IMG/VR virus record: IMGVR_UViG_2711768014_000006
DNA length: 44,064 nt
DNA from: a virus
Taxonomy: Duplodnaviria; Heunggongvirae; Uroviricota; Caudoviricetes
Strand: one strand, 5' to 3'
The position numbers and the translations under genes are program-made. How positions within the stretch are numbered: position 1 is the stretch's first letter; each line of letters starts with the position of its first letter. Below, in pieces: positions 9,311-18,188 of this stretch. Under the pieces are notes generated by a model. It saw nothing but the letters and a program-made list of their open reading frames with translations, was not told where the DNA came from and made no database searches.

Positions 9311-9530
9311 TCCCCATACAGGCCCGGAGATTGTCGAAATGCCAGTCGGTATTAATATATGAGCCATCCTGGATATCTTCTGCATTTTCCGGGGTAGAGT
9401 TTTTTTGAGCGAGATTGATAATATGTATTGCCTCCTCACGGGAAATCAGCCCCTTATCGAACAGGGTTACCATAAGATTTCCAGCCATTGTGAATGCGGC
9501 AACATCAAGTGCATTTTTTATATCTGACAT
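9291..9530 (-). CDS. Hypothetical protein encoded antisense to the early operon
   Basis: 79-aa minus-strand ORF with AGGA RBS; its 3' end overlaps the 3' end of 9023..9310 by 20 bp. Confidence 0.4.
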   Translation of the reverse strand: MSDIKNALDVAAFTMAGNLMVTLFDKGLISREEAIHIINLAQKNSTPENAEDIQDGSYINTDWHFDNLRACMGITAEKD

Positions 9531-9600
9531 AGATTTTTCCTTTTATGTTAATTGACATGGCGGTGCGGTAACACCGCCCATTTTTTATGGAGCCACGATA

Positions 9601-10113
9601 ATGAATCGCGCTTCCCTGATTACCTTAATACATGTCGCAAAACGCGATCTACAGCTTGACCATGATACCTATACATCCGCGCTGCTGGCAGCCACCGGCA
9701 AATCCAGTTGCCGTGATATGTCACCCGGTGAGTTATCCCGCGTGCTGGATGTTTTCAAAAAACGCGGTTTTAAAGTGCGTCAGAAGCCGGTTAACCGGGC
9801 CTTAAAACCGGGTACGGTGACCGCCAAAATTCGCGCCATCTGGAAAGTGATGCACCGGCAGGGATTTATCTCTGATGGCGGGGAAACGGCCCTTAACCGC
9901 TGGGTGAAATCGCAGACGGCCGCGCAGAACGACGGCGAAGGTGTGGCTAACTGGCAGTGGCTGGAGCAACAACCCGCGCTGGCCTCTGATGTGCTGGAGC
10001 GTCTCAAACGCTGGCACCGCCGCAAAATGCTGGCAGCCCTGGATATGTCGGAACGTGCAGTGATGAGTTATGAGCGTGTTTGCAGGCTGTATGAAAAATC
10101 ATTCCCCCGTTAA
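9601..10113 (+). CDS. GemA-like regulatory protein (Mu gp16 family)
   Basis: 170-aa ORF at the end of the early operon, position and sequence consistent with Mu GemA. Confidence 0.65.
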   Translation: MNRASLITLIHVAKRDLQLDHDTYTSALLAATGKSSCRDMSPGELSRVLDVFKKRGFKVRQKPVNRALKPGTVTAKIRAIWKVMHRQGFISDGGETALNRWVKSQTAAQNDGEGVANWQWLEQQPALASDVLERLKRWHRRKMLAALDMSERAVMSYERVCRLYEKSFPR

Positions 10114-10118
10114 CCCCA

Positions 10119-10148
10119 AATCCCGCCACAGCGCGGGATTTTTATTTT
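10119..10148 (+). terminator. Rho-independent terminator at the end of the early operon
   Basis: Hairpin TCCCGC-CACAGC-GCGGGA followed by TTTTTATTTT. Confidence 0.6.
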
Positions 10149-10183
10149 AAACTTGCCCTGTGTAATGATGACCGGAGGCGGGT

Positions 10184-10606
10184 ATGGCTGAAACACAGAT
10201 GAGCATGTTTGGTGACAGCGAACAGCTGCACGCGCTGATTGACCGTCTGGATGATATTCCTGATGATGAGCTGAAAAAGAACTGGCCCGGCACGCTGCGG
10301 GACCTGGTTGATGTGATCAGTGCTGAACTGCACCGTCAGGGGATTGAACCTGCTCAGGCGGGAATGCTTGCCCGTAAGGTTGCAGCCGCACAGGCCGGGT
10401 ACATGGGCGGGCGTGGTTATTATCTCCCGGTCGGTGAATCCCTTTTCACCGAACTGCGCAATAATGAAATTTTTTCCCGCTGGAGCCAGGGCGAAAAAAT
10501 TGAAACCCTGCGCCGCCACTACCAGATGTCAGAGACGCAGATTTACTCCGTTATCCGCAACCAGCGTCGCCTGCATCAGGAACGCACGCAGCCACGGCTT
10601 TTCTGA
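10184..10606 (+). CDS. Mor/C-family transcriptional activator
   Basis: 140-aa product with Mor/C-like sequence; only one family member is present. Confidence 0.8.
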   Translation: MAETQMSMFGDSEQLHALIDRLDDIPDDELKKNWPGTLRDLVDVISAELHRQGIEPAQAGMLARKVAAAQAGYMGGRGYYLPVGESLFTELRNNEIFSRWSQGEKIETLRRHYQMSETQIYSVIRNQRRLHQERTQPRLF

Positions 10607-10677
10607 TATTCCGCAAATCCTGCCCCCTTTTCCTCACGGTTACGCTGACTCAGAGAACACCATGAGACAGCGTAACA

Positions 10678-11178
10678 ATGCCAAAACTCCCCGCACCCCT
10701 GCGTAAAAAGCTGATTGCCCTTGTTCTGGCCGGAGCCGGGACGTTCACCATTGCCACGCACTACACCGGCTACTGGGAAGGGAAAGAAAACACCACGTAC
10801 ATTGATCCCACCGGCACCCCCACCATCTGTTACGGCCATACCGGCCCGGATGTGAAACCGGGGATGACAAAAACTGATGAAGAGTGTCTGGAGCTGCTGG
10901 AAAAGGACATGAAATGGGCCTTTGCGGCTATCGATCGTCATGTTCAGGTGCCGCTTACCCGTGGTCAGACGGTGGCGCTGGCCTCCTGGATTTTCTGGGC
11001 CGGTGAAACGAACTTTCGCAACTCCACGCTCCTGCGCCTTATCAATGCCGGGCAGATGCCCGCGTCCTGTAAGCAGTATATCCGCTGGATTTATTCAAAG
11101 GGGGTAAAACTCCCCGGTCTTGAGGCCCGCCGTTCGGCGGATGAATGGTTATGTCGTTACGATTTGCCGAAAGTCTGA
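10678..11178 (+). CDS. Endolysin (phage lysozyme, probable signal-anchor-release type)
   Basis: N-terminal hydrophobic segment LIALVLAGAGTFTIA followed by an E...D...T lysozyme catalytic region (EGKENTTYIDPTGTPTICYGHT). Confidence 0.85.
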   Translation: MPKLPAPLRKKLIALVLAGAGTFTIATHYTGYWEGKENTTYIDPTGTPTICYGHTGPDVKPGMTKTDEECLELLEKDMKWAFAAIDRHVQVPLTRGQTVALASWIFWAGETNFRNSTLLRLINAGQMPASCKQYIRWIYSKGVKLPGLEARRSADEWLCRYDLPKV

Positions 11179-11251
11179 ACCGCTTCTGGCGACCGCTCAT
11201 GATTGCGCTGCTGTGTGCCGTTGTGCTGCTGCGGGGTGTGCTGTGTCTGCG

Positions 11252-11641
11252 GTGAACAATCCCTTACCGGCCCTGATTGCCGGAGGCTGTATGGCGGCGC
11301 TGGGGGTGATGAGCGTGCTGGCTGCCGTGGTATGGGGAATGCACCAGAAGACGCAGCGCCTTGAGGACAATAATCATGTGCTTGTGCGTGAACGGGACGA
11401 AGCCCGTCTGGTGCTGGCAAACCAGCAACGCACCCTGCAACTCATTTCACAAATCAGCAAGGCGGCCACGAATGAAAAACAGCAGAACATGCAGCACAGC
11501 GAGGAACAGCAGAGCATTGTCCGCCGGTCACTGGCAACGGTGCCTGCTGCCGCTGTGCCTGTGCCTGATGATGTGGCTGACCGGGTGCGGCGGGCCGTCT
11601 GTGAAATACGTGCCGGTGAAGCCGGTGCCGATCCCCGCTGA
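11252..11641 (+). CDS. Putative i-spanin (Rz-like); start uncertain
   Basis: Transmembrane segment LPALIAGGCMAALGVMSVLAAVVWGM followed by a predicted coiled coil. Confidence 0.4.
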   Translation: MNNPLPALIAGGCMAALGVMSVLAAVVWGMHQKTQRLEDNNHVLVRERDEARLVLANQQRTLQLISQISKAATNEKQQNMQHSEEQQSIVRRSLATVPAAAVPVPDDVADRVRRAVCEIRAGEAGADPR

Positions 11642-11843
11642 ATGGCTGGCTGACTGCCTGGTCCCTCCCGCGCCGCAGCCGTTCACGTTTGGTGCATCGG
11701 TCACTTACAACCTGCAACTGCTGGCGGTGATTAAAAACTGCAACGTGGACAAGGCCAGCATCCGCCGTCTGGAGACACAGCGACAGCATGAATTTACTGA
11801 TATGGCCGGAACGACTGCTGTTCCGGCAGGAAAGACGAAGTAA
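11472..11843 (+). CDS. Putative o-spanin (Rz1-like lipoprotein), starts inside the i-spanin gene in the +1 frame
   Basis: Signal-peptide-like region ending in lipobox LTGC, proline-rich mature part. Confidence 0.45.
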   Translation: MKNSRTCSTARNSRALSAGHWQRCLLPLCLCLMMWLTGCGGPSVKYVPVKPVPIPAEWLADCLVPPAPQPFTFGASVTYNLQLLAVIKNCNVDKASIRRLETQRQHEFTDMAGTTAVPAGKTK

Positions 11844-11853
11844 GGAAAAAGGT

Positions 11854-12081
11854 ATGGATGATTCAGATTGTGCTCAGGCAGTCATGGAGCGTGCAACAGA
11901 ACGCGCCCTTTGTGACCGGCTGACACGTAAGCGCCGGGTGGCGGAGACACCGGGCAGGCGTGTATGCGCGGACTGCGGGGGTGACATTCCGGCTGCCCGT
12001 CTGGTTGCCGTGCCGGATGCCATCCGTTGTGTGAACTGCCAGAACATCATGGAGGCCGGTCATGTGGGTCAGCATCGTTAA
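11854..12081 (+). CDS. TraR/DksA-family C4 zinc-finger protein
   Basis: CADCGGDIPAARLVAVPDAIRCVNCQ motif; ATG at 11854 after AAGGAAAAAGG. Confidence 0.6.
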   Translation: MDDSDCAQAVMERATERALCDRLTRKRRVAETPGRRVCADCGGDIPAARLVAVPDAIRCVNCQNIMEAGHVGQHR

Positions 12082-12373
12082 AGATTATGTCGTGCCGATC
12101 CTGTCGGCAACGGCCACAGCCGGGGGGATCTTCATGGCGCTGATGCGCAAAACCTTTGTCCCCCGCGAGGCCTTTGAAAAACTCTCCGACCGGGTTGAGC
12201 GGGTGGAGAGCCGGATTTCCGGCCTGCCCACGCAGCAGGAGGTGAACAGACTCAATATCGAAATCACCACCCTGCGCGGTGAGCTTAAGGCCACCAATGC
12301 CACCCTGAAATCCGTCTCCCATCAGAACGAACTGCTGCTGGAGCAGGCTGTAAGGAAAAAACACAATGAGTGA
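12062..12373 (+). CDS. Hypothetical membrane/coiled-coil protein
   Basis: N-terminal hydrophobic segment, GGAGG RBS. Confidence 0.5.
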   Translation: MWVSIVKDYVVPILSATATAGGIFMALMRKTFVPREAFEKLSDRVERVESRISGLPTQQEVNRLNIEITTLRGELKATNATLKSVSHQNELLLEQAVRKKHNE

Positions 12374-12656
12374 TTTCATTACTGAAGATCAGCGTCTTGT
12401 CATTCTGCGGTCGCTGGCGGATTACAACGGCGAACTGGGCGAATCCGTGCTTCAGGACTGCCTGGATGATTACGGTCACCGCGTGTCCCGCGACACCGTT
12501 CATACCCACATTGCCTGGCTTGCCGAGCAGGGACTGGTGCGTAAGCGCACGCTTGTTAACGGTTATTTCATCGCTGAACTGACCGGCCGGGGTCAGGATG
12601 TGGCGGAAGGCCGCGCCACCGTTCCGGGTGTGAAGAAACCACGCGCAAGGGGGTAA
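12366..12656 (+). CDS. Mu gp26-like protein
   Basis: 96-aa ORF in conserved position before gp27 and terminase. Confidence 0.5.
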   Translation: MSDFITEDQRLVILRSLADYNGELGESVLQDCLDDYGHRVSRDTVHTHIAWLAEQGLVRKRTLVNGYFIAELTGRGQDVAEGRATVPGVKKPRARG

Positions 12657-12658
12657 CG

Positions 12659-13240
12659 ATGGATAAGCCAGCGCGTGGCCGTGTACGCAAGGTGGATTTG
12701 CTCCCCGACAGCATCCGTAAGCCGCTGCTGGAAATGCTGCGTGAAAAACGTCTGACGCAGGTCCAGATCCGCGAGGAAATCAACCGTCTGATCCGTGAAG
12801 CAGGTCTGCCGGAAGAGCAGCAGCTCTCACCGGCGGCCATCAGCCGGGAAGCCTCCCGTAATGAGCTGATTGCCCGTAATCTGCGTGATTTACGCGAGCA
12901 GACAAAAGCCATGATGGCCGAACTGGGGGATAAGCCGACCGGTGAAACCACGGCACTGATTCTGGAGATGTCCCGTGCCCTGATGTACCGCCGTCTGCGT
13001 GCCGCCACCGAATCCCTGAACAGCGACAGCGATGTGGATATGCGCCTTATTAAGGACATCCTCCTGTCGGCACAGCGTGCAGAAAGTGCCGCCGAGCGCA
13101 GCATTAAGCGTGAAAAAGAAATCCGGGCCGCATTTGCTGAAGAGATGGCGAATGCGGTCACCGATGAGTTGCGCGGCGTGGATGGCATGAGCGAGCAGAT
13201 CGAATTCCGTATCAGGCAGATGCTGCTGGGTAAGGCGTAG
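12659..13240 (+). CDS. Mu gp27-like protein (putative DNA-binding/small terminase-like)
   Basis: 193-aa ORF immediately upstream of the terminase region. Confidence 0.6.
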   Translation: MDKPARGRVRKVDLLPDSIRKPLLEMLREKRLTQVQIREEINRLIREAGLPEEQQLSPAAISREASRNELIARNLRDLREQTKAMMAELGDKPTGETTALILEMSRALMYRRLRAATESLNSDSDVDMRLIKDILLSAQRAESAAERSIKREKEIRAAFAEEMANAVTDELRGVDGMSEQIEFRIRQMLLGKA

Positions 13241-13250
13241 GAGGTGAATC

Positions 13251-13499
13251 ATGGCAACAGATAACCGCTCACTGATGAGCAGTGCCCATCAGAAAGCATT
13301 CAGTCTTGCAACACAGTTACCTCCTGAAACCATAAAGGTATGTCGTGAGTTGACTGAACTCAGCATTGCCGGGGAAATATCCCTGGAACAACTGCATTCG
13401 CTGCTGGCAGAGGCTGCCACTGATGAGTTGAGCGGCGTGGACGTGATGACTGAAGAGCTTGAGTCCCGAATCAAAAGCATTCTGACAGGTAAAGCATGA
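13251..13499 (+). CDS. Hypothetical protein; C-terminus duplicates the C-terminus of 12659..13240
   Basis: ...ELSGVDVMTEELESRIKSILTGKA versus ...ELRGVDGMSEQIEFRIRQMLLGKA. Confidence 0.45.
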   Translation: MATDNRSLMSSAHQKAFSLATQLPPETIKVCRELTELSIAGEISLEQLHSLLAEAATDELSGVDVMTEELESRIKSILTGKA

Positions 13500-15163
13500 T
13501 GAACAAAGCCAGAGAAACGTCGCCTTCACTGATGCAAATGACGCCTCCCCGCAAAATTGATCTGTCAGGTGAAAAAGCCCTGCTGGGCGTGGATGTGCCG
13601 GACAGCCTTGATTTGCCCGGTGATATGCCGGTGTTTCTGGATTATCAGGCCCGCTGGTTTGCAGATGAAAGTCAGGTCTGCATCGCGGAGAAATCCCGCC
13701 GCACCGGTCTTACCTGGGCGGAAGCCGGGCGTAACGTCATTACTGCTGCAAAACCGAAGCGTCGTGGTGGCCGCAATGTGTTTTATGTGGGATCAAAGCA
13801 GGAGATGGCGCTGGAATATATTTCTGCCTGCGCGCTGTTCTCCCGTGCCTTTAACCAGCTGGCAGATGCTGATGTGTATGAGCAGACATTCTGGGATCGG
13901 GATAAAAAAGAAGAAATTTTGACCTACATGATCCGCTTTCCGAACAGTGGATTCAAAATTCAGGCATTGTCTTCCCGTCCGTCAAACCTGCGCGGCCTTC
14001 AGGGGGATGTGGTGATTGATGAAGCCGCGTTCCACGAGTCACTGGATGAGCTTCTCAAGGCGGCAATGGCGCTCACTATGTGGGGCGCGCGCGTGCGTAT
14101 TATCTCCACGCATAACGGCGTCGATAATCTGTTTAATCAGTACATTCAGGAAGCCCGCGAGGGGCGCAAGGATTACAGCGTCCACCGCATAACCCTGGAT
14201 GATGCCATTGCGGACGGGCTGTACCGTCGTATCTGTTACGTCACCGATCAGGAATGGTCACCGGAAAGCGAGCAGAAATGGCGTGATGATCTCTACAAAA
14301 ACGCCCCGACCCGTGAGGATGCCGACGAGGAATACGGCTGTATCCCGAAAAAATCCGGCGGTGCCTATATCCCCCACGCGCTTATTGAAATGGCGATGAT
14401 CCGCGACATCCCGATTCTGACGTTTGAAGCCCCGGACAACTTCATCAGCCGTGCCGCATGGCTGCGTGAATCGGAAGTTTTAACCTGGTGTGAAGAACAT
14501 TTAAAACCGCTTTTAGAGAAATTAAATCCCCGTTCCCGCTTCAGCTTCGGGGAAGACTTTGCCCGCACCGGTGACCTGTCCTGCTTTGTGCTGCTGGAAA
14601 TCACCGAATCCCTGGCAAAGCGCGAGGTGTTTCGCGTGGAGCTGCGCAACCTGCCGTATGCCCAGCAGGAACAGGTGATGATGTACATCCTGACCCGCGT
14701 TCCGGCGCTGGTCGGTGCGGCGTTCGACGCCACCGGTAACGGCGGCTATCTGGCAGAGGCCGCACTGCTGGCCTTTGGCCCGGACATCATCGACTGCGTG
14801 ATGTTGTCGCCGAAGTGGTACGGCGAGTGGATGCCAAAACTGAAAGCCGAGTTTGAAGATCAGAATATCCTCGTCGCCCGCCATCAGACCACGCTTGATG
14901 ATTTGCGCCATGTGAAGGTAGTGAATGGTATCCCGCAAATCGACAAGGGGCGCACGAAGGACCAGAACGCAACGGCTGCGAACGCCCGCCGCCATGGTGA
15001 TTTTGCCGTGGCGCTCTGTATGGCAAACCGGGCGTCATACATGGAGGGCTTCATCCTGGATGAATCAGCCTGTCAGGCGCTACAGGAGCGGTCGCGGGCA
15101 ATGGAGGGCGGTTATCGTGATGACGATGAGGCATATCATGAATTTGATCGGGGGGGCTGGTAG
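13496..15163 (+). CDS. Terminase large subunit (Mu gp28-like)
   Basis: 555-aa ORF in conserved position before the portal gene. Confidence 0.85.
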   Translation: MMNKARETSPSLMQMTPPRKIDLSGEKALLGVDVPDSLDLPGDMPVFLDYQARWFADESQVCIAEKSRRTGLTWAEAGRNVITAAKPKRRGGRNVFYVGSKQEMALEYISACALFSRAFNQLADADVYEQTFWDRDKKEEILTYMIRFPNSGFKIQALSSRPSNLRGLQGDVVIDEAAFHESLDELLKAAMALTMWGARVRIISTHNGVDNLFNQYIQEAREGRKDYSVHRITLDDAIADGLYRRICYVTDQEWSPESEQKWRDDLYKNAPTREDADEEYGCIPKKSGGAYIPHALIEMAMIRDIPILTFEAPDNFISRAAWLRESEVLTWCEEHLKPLLEKLNPRSRFSFGEDFARTGDLSCFVLLEITESLAKREVFRVELRNLPYAQQEQVMMYILTRVPALVGAAFDATGNGGYLAEAALLAFGPDIIDCVMLSPKWYGEWMPKLKAEFEDQNILVARHQTTLDDLRHVKVVNGIPQIDKGRTKDQNATAANARRHGDFAVALCMANRASYMEGFILDESACQALQERSRAMEGGYRDDDEAYHEFDRGGW

Positions 15164-16752
15164 TGGGACGCATCATTGATACTGACGGAAAACCTTTCTC
15201 CTTTGACCCGGAGATGCAGAGTGCCGCGCTGGATATTCCGCAGATTGCCAGCCGTTATATTGAACATCCGGCTTCGGGTATCACCCCGAACCGGGCGGCG
15301 CAGTGCCTTCGCGGGGCTGAACGTGGCGATCTGATTGCCCAGTCCGATCTGGCCGCTGATATTGAAGAAAAGGACACCCACCTTTTTGCGGAGCTGGGCA
15401 AGCGACGTCTTGCCATTCAGGGGGTGCCATGGAGTATTGAGCCGCCACCGAACGCCAGCGCGAATGAGAAAAAGGACGCGGAAATGCTCGACGAATATCT
15501 GCATTCCGCAGACTGGTTTGATGCCATGCTGTTTGACGCCACGGATGCCATCCTGAAGGGCTATTCCTGCATGGAAATTGAGCACGGGATGCTCGGTAAA
15601 ATGCACATCATCCGCGCCATCCGCTGGCGTGACAGCGGGCATTTCTGCCTTAACCCGGATGATTTGAGCGAACTGCGGCTGCGTGACGGCAGCCATGCCG
15701 GGGTGGCGTTTCAGCCCTTTGGCTGGATAGTGCATCAGTCGCGTTCACGCACCGGCTACGGTGGTGCGACGGGGCTTGTCAGAACGCTTATCTGGCCGTT
15801 CATTTTCAAAAACTATTCCGTGCGCGATCTGGCGGAATTTCTGGAGGTGTACGGCCTGCCAATGAAGGTCGGGAAATACCCGTCCGGGGCAACACCGGAG
15901 CAGAAAAGTGCCCTGATGCGGGCGGTGATGGATATCGGGCGACGTACAGGCGGGATCATCCCGGCCGGGATGTCGCTGGAGTTTCAGGCGGCAGCGAACG
16001 GTCAGGCCGATCCGTTTGAAACCATGATTTCGTGGGGTGAGCGTTCCATCTCCAAAGCAATACTCGGCGGCACGCTGACCACAGAAGCCGGAGACAAAGG
16101 CGCGCGCTCGCTGGGTGAGGTGCATAACGAGGTGCGCCGGGAAATCAGGGATTCTGATTTACGCCAGCTGGCTGCAACCCTGAACCGCGATCTGGTGTAT
16201 CCGCTGTATGCCCTGAACACCGCCCACGCCATTGATATCCGTCGCCTGCCGCGTATCTGTTTCCAGACCAAAGAACCGGGGGATATCACCAAAATAGCCA
16301 GTGCGGTGATGCAACTCAGTGCGGGGATGGATATTCCTGATCCCTGGGTACGGGATCAGACCGGTATTCCACAGCCCACGCCCGGTGAAGCCATATTCCG
16401 TGTCCGTCAGAGCAGTAATGAACCGGCCATGCCTGACAGGGAAACGCTACCGGAAAAACAGGAAAAGACAGAACAGACGGCGCTTTCAGCCCGACTGCCG
16501 GAAGCGAAAAACACGCCGCGTGATGAACTGGACGACATGGGGGACGCGGTGCCTGCCCGCCGCTTACAGGAGGCCATCGATCCGGTGCTGGAGCCGGTCA
16601 TTGATGTCATCAGAACGCGGGGGCTGGCGGAGGCACTGGCAGACCTGCCTGCCCTTTACCGTGAAATGGATGATTCCCGCCTGATGACGCTGCTCAGTGA
16701 TGCCATGTTTGCTGCGGAAATGAAGGGGATGCTGGATGGCTCAGGGGATTGA
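15163..16752 (+). CDS. Portal protein (Mu gp29-like)
   Basis: 529-aa ORF after terminase. Confidence 0.85.
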   Translation: MGRIIDTDGKPFSFDPEMQSAALDIPQIASRYIEHPASGITPNRAAQCLRGAERGDLIAQSDLAADIEEKDTHLFAELGKRRLAIQGVPWSIEPPPNASANEKKDAEMLDEYLHSADWFDAMLFDATDAILKGYSCMEIEHGMLGKMHIIRAIRWRDSGHFCLNPDDLSELRLRDGSHAGVAFQPFGWIVHQSRSRTGYGGATGLVRTLIWPFIFKNYSVRDLAEFLEVYGLPMKVGKYPSGATPEQKSALMRAVMDIGRRTGGIIPAGMSLEFQAAANGQADPFETMISWGERSISKAILGGTLTTEAGDKGARSLGEVHNEVRREIRDSDLRQLAATLNRDLVYPLYALNTAHAIDIRRLPRICFQTKEPGDITKIASAVMQLSAGMDIPDPWVRDQTGIPQPTPGEAIFRVRQSSNEPAMPDRETLPEKQEKTEQTALSARLPEAKNTPRDELDDMGDAVPARRLQEAIDPVLEPVIDVIRTRGLAEALADLPALYREMDDSRLMTLLSDAMFAAEMKGMLDGSGD

Positions 16753-18067
16753 TTTAGGTTATGCCGCCACGCTTCCCTCAAAAGAGACGGTGGCATACTT
16801 CCGCGCCAAAGGGGCGCATATCAGCTGGAACTGGTTCGAAACAGACGCGGATGTTCATGCCCGCTCATTCACGGCAGCAAAAACGGCACGGCTGGATGTG
16901 GTAACCACATTACAGGCCGAAGTGCAGCGGGCCATTGATGAGGGGATTTCACAGAAAGAATTTATCCGCACACTGACGCCACGCCTGCAAAAGCTGGGAT
17001 GGTGGGGAAAGCAGATTGTGGTGGACAGCGACGGTAACGCGGAAGAAGTGCAGCAGGGCAGTCCCCGTCGTCTGGCGCTGATTTACAACGTGAACACCCG
17101 TGTGGCTTACAATGCCGGGCGTTACACGCAGATGATGAACAACACGGACACGCATCCGTTCTGGCAGTATGTGGCGGTCATGGACAGCCGTACCCGCCCG
17201 TCGCATTCCGCCCTTAACGGTCTGGTATTCCGCTATGACGATCCGTTCTGGAAAACACACTACCCGCCCAATGGCTGGAACTGCCGCTGCCGTGTGCGGC
17301 CATTGTCTCAGGCCCGTCTGGATGCAATGGGGTTATCCGTTTCATCCGGTGAGGATCATCTCTCCACCCGCAATGTTGAGGCTGGCGTGGATAAACAGAC
17401 CGGAGAAGTCAGAGAAATGCCGGTGACCACATATTCAGATGGCGCCAGAACCATGACACCGGATGTGGGCTGGTCATATAACCCCGGCTCGGCAGCGTTC
17501 GGCACAGACCAGGCGCTGATCCGCAAACTGATCGAGGTGAAAAGCCCGGCGTTACGGGAAATGGTGGTTCAGGAGATGAACAACAGCCCGGAGCGGCAGC
17601 TGGCGTTCCGCATCTGGGCAAAAAACATCATGCAGACCCGGCGAGGTGGTAACGATATCCGCACGCTGGGCTTTATGACTGAAAGCATTGCGCAGGCAGT
17701 GGAAAGCCGGACGGGAACGCCACCGGCCCGCCTGCTGGCGATGAGCGGTAAAAATGTGCTCCATGCGGACAGTGTGAAACATCAGAATGACGGCATCGCT
17801 CTGACGCCGGAGGACTTCGGGCGCTTACCGGCAATGCTGGCAAGGCCAAAAGCGGTACTGTGGGACAAACGGCACAACAATCTGATGTATATCGTGGAAA
17901 ATCAGGATGGCAGTGTGCAGATTGCCGTTAATGCACCGTACAGTCTGAAACGTCAGCCCGACAAACTGGATGTGATTGTGAATGCTTACCGGGTTATCAA
18001 TATGGATAAGCTGAAATCGGATATCCGGGGCGGAATGCTTGAGGTGCTGGAAGGACAAATTGATTAA
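16736..18067 (+). CDS. Head morphogenesis protein (Mu F / gp30-like)
   Basis: 443-aa ORF after portal. Confidence 0.8.
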   Translation: MAQGIDLGYAATLPSKETVAYFRAKGAHISWNWFETDADVHARSFTAAKTARLDVVTTLQAEVQRAIDEGISQKEFIRTLTPRLQKLGWWGKQIVVDSDGNAEEVQQGSPRRLALIYNVNTRVAYNAGRYTQMMNNTDTHPFWQYVAVMDSRTRPSHSALNGLVFRYDDPFWKTHYPPNGWNCRCRVRPLSQARLDAMGLSVSSGEDHLSTRNVEAGVDKQTGEVREMPVTTYSDGARTMTPDVGWSYNPGSAAFGTDQALIRKLIEVKSPALREMVVQEMNNSPERQLAFRIWAKNIMQTRRGGNDIRTLGFMTESIAQAVESRTGTPPARLLAMSGKNVLHADSVKHQNDGIALTPEDFGRLPAMLARPKAVLWDKRHNNLMYIVENQDGSVQIAVNAPYSLKRQPDKLDVIVNAYRVINMDKLKSDIRGGMLEVLEGQID

Positions 18068-18068
18068 C

Positions 18069-18150
18069 GGTCAGTGGCGGGGGTCGAACCCGCATACATG
18101 ATCCACCCGGAGGCAGGCACCGACTTTACCAGTTAAGCGTACACTGACCG
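18069..18150 (-). other. tRNA-like element (acceptor helix, canonical D-arm and T-arm, no anticodon stem)
   Basis: Minus strand: 9-bp helix CGGTCAGTG/CACTGACCG, D-arm GCTT-AACTGGTA-AAGT, T-arm GCGGG-TTCGACC-CCCGC; the 29 nt in between cannot form a 5-bp anticodon stem. Confidence 0.3.
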
Positions 18151-18188
18151 CCTGTTTATTTTATATTCATCCTTTATGCGGAGGCAAT

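Noticed and set aside
12568-13252. Minus-strand ORFs of 206 and 120 aa opposite the gp27-like gene
   Set aside because: Arg/Ser-rich low-complexity products, fully antisense to conserved late genes
18069-18150. Genuine tRNA gene
   Set aside because: Acceptor, D-arm and T-arm are canonical, but no 5-bp anticodon stem can form and there are three rather than two nucleotides between acceptor and D stems; reported as a tRNA-like element instead
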